DNA of 63,793 nt from Bacillota bacterium (GTDB lineage Bacteria > Bacillota > Sulfobacillia > JAJZYS01 > JAJZLH01), in the NCBI GenBank assembly GCA_021803575.1, contig JAJZLH010000005.1:1-63793 (forward strand), read 5' to 3'. The translations under genes and the position numbers were made by a program. Under the pieces are notes generated by a model, which worked only from the letters and a program-made list of their open reading frames with translations, was not told where the DNA came from and did not search any database. This document shows, piece after piece, positions 8,085-17,000 of the stretch. The first letter of the stretch is position 1. Each line of letters starts with the position of its first letter.

Positions 8085-10805
8085 CTACTCTCGAGCCGCG
8101 CCCCTAACAGCGGTCAATGTCTTCAGTGACTCGTATATATCGCGTCGTAAGTGTCCGATACCAAACGCCTGCAACACTACTGCATCGAAGTGCGCCCGGT
8201 CTTGGCTCTCCAATTCTTGCGGCACGCCCAACACGGCCCTCTCGAGCAGTGGTTGGAACGCGTCTACAATACGTCCGCGGTCTGTTCGCGAAACTCGACC
8301 AGGATCCAACACGTGAAAGTGTCTAGCAAGCTTGCTGGCATTAAGATCTAGGACGCCCAGGCCGCGGCCGAATCCGGACGCTTCGATCAGGAATATGCCA
8401 ACAATGGAATTCATCAAGGCGTGGCACAGGTCAAGGTCTATCTCATCGGTCTGTCTACCGGTGAACCGGATGAATCTCTGGCTCACGAATGATCTCTCAC
8501 GGAGGCGATACACGCAAAGTCGGCGATCGGGATTGAGTGGAATGACGAGATCCGCGAGCGTGTCCGCTCTCATCTCGTACCACTCACATCCTGGTCGGGC
8601 TAGGGCCTCGGGTAATGGTCGCCCAGTGCCATTCGTGCCACCTCGAAACCGTGCGATCCACGCAAGCGTACCGCTCATACCGAGATTCGTCAGTGTGGAC
8701 ACATCGTCCGAGCAGCAAAAGGCCTCCGAGGTGGCTGACTCAACCAGTCTTGTCAGGTTGTGTGGTGACTTCAGTACAGGCCGTATATATCTCTGCTCGA
8801 TTCCATGTCCAGCTGCAGGATAAAACATTTGGTCCCAACCTCGACGCTCTCCTCTGTGGATCTCGAACAGCGTGTGAGCCGGGGTAAGACTAGAGCAGGC
8901 TTCGTCAACCCAGTGTAAGTCCGCAAAGCAAGCGTTCCACTCGATGCCAACGTCCCAAAAGTTTGACAACTCAGAACTTGTATACTCCTGCCGCACAAAG
9001 TTTCCATCAGACGTATCCCCGAGCCACATCGTATCCGCGAGGTGTTCAACGCCACCCGGTAGAGACTCCCAATGTTCTATGTTCACCGTGGTCAAGTCGA
9101 AAAAAACCTTTTCCTCGGGTGAGGCTGGCTCGTCCCGCTTCTCCAGAATGAGCATCGTTGTCACCACATCTGTTGCAGAGAACCAGCGGCCTTTGCCTGA
9201 TGTCACCACCTCAAGAACGTTAAATCTGTTCATCAGCACCTCCCTGAACCTTGCGCCCCACTCTGTTCCTAGCCAAGAGTTAGAGCAGAGCACCCCCATT
9301 CGCCCGTTCACTTCCAGTAGGTCACCCAGCTTGACGATCAAGTAGGCATAGAGGTCGGACGTCGGTGAAAGGACTTGGCGCAGTTCGTCAGAGAGCGGGT
9401 TCAGTTGCTGTATGTCCTCGAATCGAACAAACGGCAAATTCGAGATGACTGCGTGCATCAGCGGAAGACTTCGGGTAACGTGCGTTCCGCTCTCCGGATC
9501 GATGAAGTTAATGCGCTGGCCGGCAGTCAGGGTAAGCGCGTCACGTTGGAAGGTCTGGACAACCTTCCTCATGCCCTTGGGATCTGACAGCGCGATCGAG
9601 CAAAGTTGCAGGGGAAACGCGAACTTGTCGCTTGCCCAGGTACCTTCAAGGGCACGCGTCACCTCCACTCCGACGCTACGCTTCAAGTCATACGCCGCTC
9701 GAGCAATCGTGCCTGAACCGCAGCACGGATCAATTACAGGCCCCGTTCGATCCTCAATCGCAAGACGAACGAGTAATTCCGCGAGTGGCCTCGGGGTCGC
9801 GAATTGCCCAGCTAGTCTCTTTCGTGAGTTGGTAAGAAGTCTCTCAAGGACAAGTTGAAAAGTCTCCTGTTTGAGTGAGCCAATGTTTACGTCATTCAGG
9901 AAGGCGTTCAGTTCAACGAGTCCGCCCCACGTCTCTGAGTCCACATAATGCTGACCTGGTGCCGGCCGAAAGACATTCATAAAGTCACATGACTCTGAGA
10001 TCCCGTTGAAGATTTCCACCGCTGTGTCGACTGAGACGCCGGGCACTATCGACTCGACACGCCGGGCGGCGTTGTGGAACCGCTTCATGTAGTGCGCGAA
10101 CAAGATTCTGTTCATCCAGTTGAGTAGGTTCACGCGCGCTATCGCCTGGGAGGGCTCGCAACCGGGATGCTCCCACTTGTTCACAAGCCACCATACGTTG
10201 AGCTCGGCCGAAAACGTGGCATCTCGTTGCACCGCGCGTGTCACCTCGTCTGCAAGTCGGTGCTCGAAGTGGCTCACATAGTCCACAAGCAGGTTGTCGC
10301 TTACTGCCACTTCCGGACGGGTACCGTGAACTGTCCCATATTCGAGAAGTTCGTTGACGCGGTCGATGATCCGGCGTGCAAGTACGGCCCAAACTCCTCT
10401 GTGCGACTCGACATCAGCCCGACGACGGATGTCACCAGACGTCCATGTGTCGCAGCAGCGGAAGGCTCCCGATTCCTCCTTCACATATAGCGCGGCGTCC
10501 TTCGCGTTCCAGACAACGTAGCTATCCAAACCCAGCCGTTGTGCCTTCCGCTCCGCACCCTCGAGCAGGGCACGATCGTTGATTGGCGTCTCTGGCATTT
10601 TAAGTTCCCACCCCTGCTGAACCACGGTACCGCCGCTGTCTCCGAACAGCAGTACATCTGGAAAGAGGCTGTGGGACACTCCCGTCAGCGTATACTCGCC
10701 GCCAGCCCGCCTAACTGCACGGAACCGCTCCGAGCAGTATCGATTGATTTCTACTATGACATCGATAGCCCAAGAGCGCTCATTGTATCGAGGTAACAGT
10801 GCCAT
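8085..10805 (-). CDS. Type IIG restriction-modification enzyme (N-terminal PD-(D/E)XK nuclease fused to gamma-class N6-adenine methyltransferase and C-terminal specificity region)
   Basis: Start set to ATG 10805 (MALLPRY), preceded by GAGGAAGG. The nuclease motif is FPD(50)...E(67)LK. The methyltransferase region shows GQFATPRPLAELLV, motif I DPCCGSGT and motif IV SNLPF. A long C-terminal region is typical of Eco57I/MmeI-like enzymes. Confidence 0.8.
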   Translation of the reverse strand: MALLPRYNERSWAIDVIVEINRYCSERFRAVRRAGGEYTLTGVSHSLFPDVLLFGDSGGTVVQQGWELKMPETPINDRALLEGAERKAQRLGLDSYVVWNAKDAALYVKEESGAFRCCDTWTSGDIRRRADVESHRGVWAVLARRIIDRVNELLEYGTVHGTRPEVAVSDNLLVDYVSHFEHRLADEVTRAVQRDATFSAELNVWWLVNKWEHPGCEPSQAIARVNLLNWMNRILFAHYMKRFHNAARRVESIVPGVSVDTAVEIFNGISESCDFMNVFRPAPGQHYVDSETWGGLVELNAFLNDVNIGSLKQETFQLVLERLLTNSRKRLAGQFATPRPLAELLVRLAIEDRTGPVIDPCCGSGTIARAAYDLKRSVGVEVTRALEGTWASDKFAFPLQLCSIALSDPKGMRKVVQTFQRDALTLTAGQRINFIDPESGTHVTRSLPLMHAVISNLPFVRFEDIQQLNPLSDELRQVLSPTSDLYAYLIVKLGDLLEVNGRMGVLCSNSWLGTEWGARFREVLMNRFNVLEVVTSGKGRWFSATDVVTTMLILEKRDEPASPEEKVFFDLTTVNIEHWESLPGGVEHLADTMWLGDTSDGNFVRQEYTSSELSNFWDVGIEWNACFADLHWVDEACSSLTPAHTLFEIHRGERRGWDQMFYPAAGHGIEQRYIRPVLKSPHNLTRLVESATSEAFCCSDDVSTLTNLGMSGTLAWIARFRGGTNGTGRPLPEALARPGCEWYEMRADTLADLVIPLNPDRRLCVYRLRERSFVSQRFIRFTGRQTDEIDLDLCHALMNSIVGIFLIEASGFGRGLGVLDLNASKLARHFHVLDPGRVSRTDRGRIVDAFQPLLERAVLGVPQELESQDRAHFDAVVLQAFGIGHLRRDIYESLKTLTAVRGAARE

Positions 10806-10821
10806 AGCCGCTGGCCTTCCT

Positions 10822-11763
10822 CTACTCTTCTTGTTCCTGTTGGAGGGCTCGGTGAACACTGATGCGACCGATTCGCGACCCTAGCTCGGGAATCCAAGCC
10901 AGCCTCTCCTGAGCGAGCTGTACATAGTCGATCGCGTCACGCTTGAAGCGATAAACATCCTCATTCTTCTCGATCCCGCAAAAGGCTCGGTCTTCCAGGG
11001 CGGCACCGACCAAAAAACTACCGCTACCAAAGGCGTTGTCCAACACGAGGTCGCCAGGGTTCGAATAGGTTCGGACAAGATAGCGAGCCAACTCTACCGG
11101 CTTCTGTGTAGGGTGCCAAACTGGACCTTCGCTCTCGGCAGTCTTGAAATAGATTACATCGGTCGGATACCGCTCACCGGCACTTTTCACATGTCTCGGA
11201 CGAAAGTCGCCGTAGCTACCCGACAACTGATCCTTTCGGACACCCTTGTCGTATCCCTCCCCGTCGCCCATTTGAGGGTGATAGGTCGGCGACTGGCGAT
11301 AAAAGACACAAATGTCCTCATGCTTTCGAAGTGGTTGTTTCTTCGCATTGAGAAAGTTCGTCGGCTTAGACTTCTCCCAGACCAGCTTATACTTGAAGTA
11401 CCTCTCGTTCGAGAGGATTACTTTGGCTGTAAACAGGCCCTGTGCTGTCAGGACAATGGCCGCGTTTTCTTTTGCAATGCGGTTATATGCCTTCCACAGC
11501 CTACCTAAGTCAATGGTGCTATCCCACTTATTCTGGGTGGTGCCATACGGTAGGTCACATAGCACCATATCCACACAGGAGTCCGGGAATGACTCCAAAA
11601 CGTCGAGGCAGTCACCTTCAAAGATCGCGTTACGGACATCGAGCTCTGTGTAGGGCCTTCTCCCTACCAGCCCCGAAGTCGACACGCGAGGCACATCGTC
11701 GGGGTCGCTTGCTGTCCCCACCTGCACCTGGGCCATGGTCTCCCCGAGGTCCGCCATCTGCAT
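10822..11763 (-). CDS. Beta-class DNA methyltransferase (N6_N4_Mtase family; DPPY-type, probably m6A)
   Basis: Motif IV DLPYG precedes motif I FGSGS (LDNAFGSGSF), which is the beta-class order. The gene lies immediately upstream of the Type IIG gene with a 16-nt gap. The start is uncertain: ATG 11763, ATG 11757, or ATG 11736 preceded by GGGGAG. Confidence 0.8.
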   Translation of the reverse strand: MQMADLGETMAQVQVGTASDPDDVPRVSTSGLVGRRPYTELDVRNAIFEGDCLDVLESFPDSCVDMVLCDLPYGTTQNKWDSTIDLGRLWKAYNRIAKENAAIVLTAQGLFTAKVILSNERYFKYKLVWEKSKPTNFLNAKKQPLRKHEDICVFYRQSPTYHPQMGDGEGYDKGVRKDQLSGSYGDFRPRHVKSAGERYPTDVIYFKTAESEGPVWHPTQKPVELARYLVRTYSNPGDLVLDNAFGSGSFLVGAALEDRAFCGIEKNEDVYRFKRDAIDYVQLAQERLAWIPELGSRIGRISVHRALQQEQEE

Positions 11764-12047
11764 ACACCCCGCGTCAATAGATCCACCTAACGGTTCTCTT
11801 CGGCATGCAACGCTCCTTGTGGAAACTGTTCCCAGACTTGTTCGTAAGTCGATGTACCGTGCGCCCGGAAGCAGGCGTCGCCTCGATGGCGACATGTGGG
11901 CCCGACGGCGTAGAGTTGGCGCGTAGGCCGACCCCCATTGCATCTACTGCCCCTCCAGGCGCGCGGGGAATCCACCAGTGGCCTCCGGGCGTTGCCCCGG
12001 ACCGTTGATGAACCGACTTCCTAGGAAAAGCCCCGCTTCCATTCGAA

Positions 12048-12122
12048 TGGTGGGCACGGCAGGTTTCGAACCTGCGACCTCTTGAATGTGAGTCAAGCGC
12101 TCTACCCCTGAGCTACGCGCCC
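12048..12122 (-). tRNA. tRNA-Val (anticodon CAC), CCA encoded
   Basis: Manual cloverleaf: GGGCGCG TA GCTC AGGGGTA GAGC G CTTGA CTCACAT TCAAG AGGTC GCAGG TTCGAAA CCTGC CGTGCCC A CCA. Confidence 0.9.
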
Positions 12123-12133
12123 CTATGTGATTG

Positions 12134-12208
12134 TGGTGGGCCCAGCAGGGGTCGAACCTGCGACCAACCGGTTATGAGCCGGCAGCTCTACCGCTGAGCT
12201 ATGGGCCC
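12134..12208 (-). tRNA. tRNA with CAT anticodon (elongator Met or lysidine-modified Ile2), CCA encoded
   Basis: Manual cloverleaf: GGGCCCA TA GCTC AGCGGTA GAGC T GCCGG CTCATAA CCGGT TGGTC GCAGG TTCGACC CCTGC TGGGCCC A CCA. The 1:72 pair is G:C and the anticodon stem has no GGG/CCC, so it is not an initiator. Confidence 0.85.
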
Positions 12209-12221
12209 ACCAAGACCAAAC

Positions 12222-12296
12222 TGGCTCCTCGAGTAGGACTCGAACCTACAACCCTCCGGTTAACAGCCGGATGCTCTACCATTGAGCTATCGAGGA
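12222..12296 (-). tRNA. tRNA-Asn (anticodon GTT), CCA encoded
   Basis: Manual cloverleaf: TCCTCGA TA GCTC AATGGTA GAGC A TCCGG CTGTTAA CCGGA GGGTT GTAGG TTCGAGT CCTAC TCGAGGA G CCA. Confidence 0.9.
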
Positions 12297-12317
12297 ATCA
12301 CCCCAGGACACGGCTTG

Positions 12318-12347
12318 ATGGTACGGGATGGCGAATCCTGGCGTCAA
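12318..12347 (-). promoter_or_regulatory. Putative sigma-70 promoter of the tRNA cluster (TTGACG-18-TACCAT)
   Basis: On the minus strand the -35 is at 12347..12342 and the -10 at 12323..12318, about 20 nt upstream of the tRNA-Asn 5' end. Confidence 0.45.
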
Positions 12348-12591
12348 GCAAACTGGCTTGACGAGACATGATCCGCACCGCTAGACTCATAAGCAGTTCC
12401 GGAACTCACTATACGGTCCCCACGATAAAGGCAAACACGTCGAAAGGCGTGGGCGCAAAACCACGGGCCTACAGCTCTTCTGAGCCACGGTAGCCGGGTT
12501 GCCGAAGGGGCACGAGGCTTGCATACAAGGTCTCTGCCATCGGCAGAGACCTTTGCGCGCGGGACCCCAGCTAGGGGTGACCCCGCCGGTG

Positions 12592-14055
12592 ATGCGCTGG
12601 CTACTCGCAGGCCTTCTTGCAGCAATGCTCCTGTATGGCCCCGCGCCCAGGCCGCTGGCTGTGCCGCCCCCTCTCGCCCCTCTGGCGGCACGGTCGACAA
12701 CCCGTACCGCTCTCCGGCCCAGGAGCAGCCAGCCTGCACCCACTCAGGCCGCCGTGGAGGGCCCGGTCGATGTCCAGCAGTCTGCCCTCCTGCCGGGAGC
12801 ACCGCTGCAGGCCAGCATCCCCGGCAATCCGGCAGACCCGGTCAGCTGGTGGCTGTCTGGCAGCCAAGGGGTCTACCCTCTGCTCGCCTCCCAGAGCACC
12901 GTCTTCGACGGAAACCTTCCCCTGGTGCTTCCCGGCGGCGAGTATACCCTCTTCTCCTGCGACAATGCCTCTTCCGCCCAGCACTGCTTCTCCAGCCCCG
13001 TGTTCGTCGCTCTGGGCGGGCTCTGGCACAGCGGCACCGACCCGTTCGCCGTCTATCAGCGGCAGGGCCTTCTCCCCCTCTTTAGCCGCGGCACCCTCGG
13101 CCAGGGGCAGACCATTGCCCTCTATGGCCAGAGCCAGCTGTCGCTGCAGGACGTCTCTTTGTTCGACGCCCTGTATGGACTGCCAGCACCTGCACTGACC
13201 ATCGTCACGCCCCAGGGATCAGCAGGCATCCCGGCCGCTGGCAGCGGCGCCGCCGGCCTGGAAGTGGCGGCCGACGTGGAGTGGGCGCACGCCCTGGCGC
13301 CCGATGCCAAGATTCTGCTCTACCTCTACCCCCCTGCGACAGACGGCGTCCTGCAGTCCGCTGACTTGGCCATCCAGGCGGGGGCCACGGCGCTCTCCAT
13401 CTCATACGGGGCGCCGATCAGCGGCTCGACCGCCAGCTGGAACGCGTCGCTGCAGCAGGATGCGACCCAGGGACTGGCCATCTTCGCCGCCTCCGGCGAC
13501 GCCGGCCAGGAGACCCCCGCCTATTGGCCCACTGCCTCGCCTGCCGTGGTCAGTGTGGGCGGCCTCTCCTACACCTCTTCTGGTACCACCTACTGGGACG
13601 GTGCCAGCGGCAAGGGCGGCTACGGCGTCTCGCTCTCCGAAGCGACGCCGGCCTGGCAGGGGCAAGCCGGCGTCACGGCGGGGCGCACGTTTCCGGATGT
13701 CAGCATGCTCGCCTCGCACGTGCCGGTGGTGGTGGGCGGGCAACTGGTCACAGCCTCCGGAACGAGCTTCGCCGCTCCGCAGTGGGCGGCGGTCTGGGCC
13801 TTGCTCCAGCAGTCGTACGCGGCGTCCCATCACGGGGCTCAGCTGACGGCCGCGCCCGGCCCAACGCTCTACGCCGTGGCGCTCCACCAATCAGCCACAG
13901 CGGCGGCCTTCCCCGCCGCTGTGGGGCCTGGTCCCCACTTCTCTGCCCAGACCGGCTGGGGCGCTCCCGACGTCCAGCGGCTGATTCAAGCCGTGGATGC
14001 CCTCGCACAGCCCGCACCGAGCGGGCTGCCCTCCGTTTCCGGAGGGCAGCCCTAG
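12592..14055 (+). CDS. Secreted sedolisin-type serine peptidase (MEROPS S53, kumamolisin-like)
   Basis: Motifs present: SGTSFAAPQWAA (catalytic Ser), LEVAADVEWAHALAP (the E-x3-D pair) and AASGDAGQ (oxyanion Asp). Start set to ATG 12592 (MRWLLAGLLAAMLL signal-like peptide). The track ORF starts at TTG 12499. Confidence 0.75.
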   Translation: MRWLLAGLLAAMLLYGPAPRPLAVPPPLAPLAARSTTRTALRPRSSQPAPTQAAVEGPVDVQQSALLPGAPLQASIPGNPADPVSWWLSGSQGVYPLLASQSTVFDGNLPLVLPGGEYTLFSCDNASSAQHCFSSPVFVALGGLWHSGTDPFAVYQRQGLLPLFSRGTLGQGQTIALYGQSQLSLQDVSLFDALYGLPAPALTIVTPQGSAGIPAAGSGAAGLEVAADVEWAHALAPDAKILLYLYPPATDGVLQSADLAIQAGATALSISYGAPISGSTASWNASLQQDATQGLAIFAASGDAGQETPAYWPTASPAVVSVGGLSYTSSGTTYWDGASGKGGYGVSLSEATPAWQGQAGVTAGRTFPDVSMLASHVPVVVGGQLVTASGTSFAAPQWAAVWALLQQSYAASHHGAQLTAAPGPTLYAVALHQSATAAAFPAAVGPGPHFSAQTGWGAPDVQRLIQAVDALAQPAPSGLPSVSGGQP

Positions 14056-14095
14056 AGATCGCTTGTCCAGGTCGTCAGCGTGCGCTGTTACGGCC

Positions 14096-17000
14096 TCACT
14101 CGATGCCGGCCTTCTGCATCAGGTTCCAGACGATGACAGCGGCCTGAGCCCGCGTGGTGACGGCACTCGGAGAGAAGTCACCGTTGCTGCTTAGAGTCAT
14201 GACGCTGGTTGAGAGAGCCAGATTGACATCGTTGGCGGCCCAGGCCGGAATGGAGGAACCGTCCTTAGGAGTGACGCTGGAGGCGCCGCTCTGAATGCCC
14301 AGACCCCTCAACACCCTGGCCACGATCGCCGCCATCTGGGCGTTGGTGATCGGGGCGTCGGGCTGGAAGGTGCCGCCGGGGAAGCCCTTGATGTAGCCTT
14401 CGGTGGCCACTGCGCTGATCTCTTGCACTGCGTAGTAGGACGCCGCGACATCGCTGAACGTGGCGTTGCTGGGAATGTGCCAGAGACCGAGAGCCTTGGC
14501 GATCATGACTGCGAACTGGGCTCTGCTGACGCCGCCAGCCGGATCGAAGGTGCCGTTGCCCATGCCGTTCAGGATCAGCTTGTTGGCCAAGCCTTCAATC
14601 GCCTGCTGGGTGGCCTGCGGCAGGTTCGAGATGTCCGAGAAGGACACCTGGTTCTGAATCACCGCATAGGTCGAGTTGGTCAGCGACTCGATGGTCGCCG
14701 TGTTTCCGCTGAAGAGCGTCCAGGCATGCTCTGGCACGCCGTTCACCATGATGACTCCGGTGCTGGTCAGCGGATTGGGCTTGGCACTCAGGTTCAGGGT
14801 TCGGGGCACGCGGCCGGTGAACTCGGCGATGGTGGTGGTCTTGCCGTTGGCACTGACCGTCACCGTGAAGGTGACGGGGCTGGCCAGGATCGTAGCCGTT
14901 GGGGTCGTCGACTTGATGTCGGCGGTATCGGAGCTTGGCGCCGGTACGACCTGGACTGAGAGGGAAAGAGCCGTCTGACTGACGTCGAGCGACTTCGCCA
15001 GAGCCGCCAGGCCCAGAGATGCAACGGGAAGGGTGTAGGTGGCTGCCGGGGTGACCAGACTCACTTCCGAGTGGGAGGAGCCGAGGTCCGTGACTGCGGT
15101 GGTGGGTAGATTGAGCGTGGCCTGATCGGTGCTGGAGGTGAAGGCCACGTTTTCGTGAGTCCCGCTGCCCAGAGCTGATCCCAACTTTGAGCCGCTCACG
15201 TCAAGGGTGGAGGCGCCATTGGTCGTGGTGGTGGTGGCGTCGTGCGAAGCGTTCAACGAGCCAAGTGGTGGCACCACCGGAGGAGGGGTCGTGGCTGAGG
15301 ACGAGGGGCCCCGTCCAGCGCTCGGTGTACCCTCCGAGATCACCTGGGCGGTGTTGTTCAAGGTGGTGAGTTGCCCCGCCACCACCAGAGTGGCAGTCAA
15401 CTTTCCGAACCCTGGAACAGTAGTGGCCGCTGTGCAAGTGTACGTTGCGGTACCGGTGCTACTCACAGGTACGGTCTGACTGCCCTGGGTGCAGAGGCTG
15501 GTCCCGCTTCCCGAGAATTGTAGGGTCAGGCCCGTGAGCGGCCCCTTGACTGCGTTCTTGTCACTTCCGGTGAGAGTGACAGTTTCGGTGACCGTAGGGT
15601 GGTTATTGGCGAGGCTGAGGAGCGGGCTGGAGAGGGCCAGCGTGGAGATCCAGGGCTTGACGTTGGAGGATCCACCACTAACCTCAGTGCCACTGGGGCC
15701 GCTTACACTGCCCCACCAGTTGTCCGTGGCGTTAATGTTCGTGCCCGTGTAAGCTCCGCTGGCCACTCTCAGCCCACCCAGTGTGTTGCTGCTGCCCAGC
15801 GAGTTCAGAGTCGCCACGATGTTGCTGTTGGCGCCAAAGCCATAGAGGTTCTGGAGATGGATGGCCCAGCCTGTGCTGTTGCGGATCAGGTTGTCGCTCA
15901 AGGTGATGCCGCTATCCCCTCCACCGAGGTAGACTGCATCATTTGCACTCTTCGTGGGGCCGGTACCGTTGACGAAATTCCCTGTGATCGTGCTCTTGGT
16001 CACGTTGAAAAGCGCTAGCGCCGTGCCACCAGAGGCCGTGGTGCCCAAGAACTCGTTGTTGGCAATCGTGATCCCAGTTTCGAGTCCCGCCGAGCTGCCC
16101 GCCATCACTATTCCCGCACTCGAGTTGGCGGTGAATGTGTTATTGGCGATCACCGCGTTGGACAGTGCGCCGTCGGTGTAAATCCCATTACCGCTCGCCG
16201 AGCCGTTCTGATTGTTGTTGTTGAACAGGTCGTGCTCGACCAGCGTCGGATAGGTGCCGTCACTCTTCAGGTACACCCCGAACACATTGTTCTGGATGAT
16301 GTCGTTGATGATCTGTGTGCCCGAGATGTTCGCCTGGACATCAATGCCTGTACCGTAGTTGGGAGCGACATTGCTGTTGATGCTCGGCACTTGCGTTGCG
16401 ATCGTGAAGCCATCGATCACCACGTTGTTGGCGTTGACGCCGAAGCCTCCGGAACCAGAGGCATTTTCTGAGATCACCGTTTCGGGAACACCCGTCCTGG
16501 TTCTGGCGTCCACGCCGTGCTGTGCGCCTTCCAGTGTCACAGGCGTGGTGACTGTGACTCCTTCTGCGAAGGTCCCTGCTGCGGCCAAGATGGTATCACC
16601 TGACTTGGCCGCGTTCACCGCTGCCTGGATGGAGGCAAACTGGGCGCCGCTGGTGATATCGGTGACAGGTGCAAAGCCAGTGCCCGTGGTCGCTCCGACC
16701 ACCGGGGCACTGGTCAGCCAGGGAGCCACATTGACACCGCTGCTGACAGGAAGGCCCTGTGAACCCACGTCGTACGTGTTGACGCTGCCAGTCGGCCCAT
16801 TGGCACTGCCCCACCAGTTGTTCGTGGCGTTCAGCGTGAAGGAAGTGCTGTTGCTCAGGTTAGCGACTGCATAGCCGGCGACATCGCTGCCTGATGCTGG
16901 GGTTGCCAGCGAGCCCAGGCTGTTGAAGGCAACGGAGTTGCCTGAGTTGTTAAATGTCCCGAACATGGAACTCCCCGCCGGCCATGTCGCCGTGTTGTTG

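Noticed and set aside
12134-12208. The CAT-anticodon tRNA as an initiator tRNA-fMet
   Set aside because: The 1:72 pair is a G:C pair and the anticodon stem lacks the three consecutive G:C pairs typical of initiators.
12131-12361. 76-aa plus-strand ORF
   Set aside because: It runs antisense through two tRNA genes, so it is not coding.
12344-13405. Multiple overlapping ORFs on both strands over the 5' half of the sedolisin gene
   Set aside because: Only the 12592..14055 frame carries the S53 catalytic motifs and a signal peptide.
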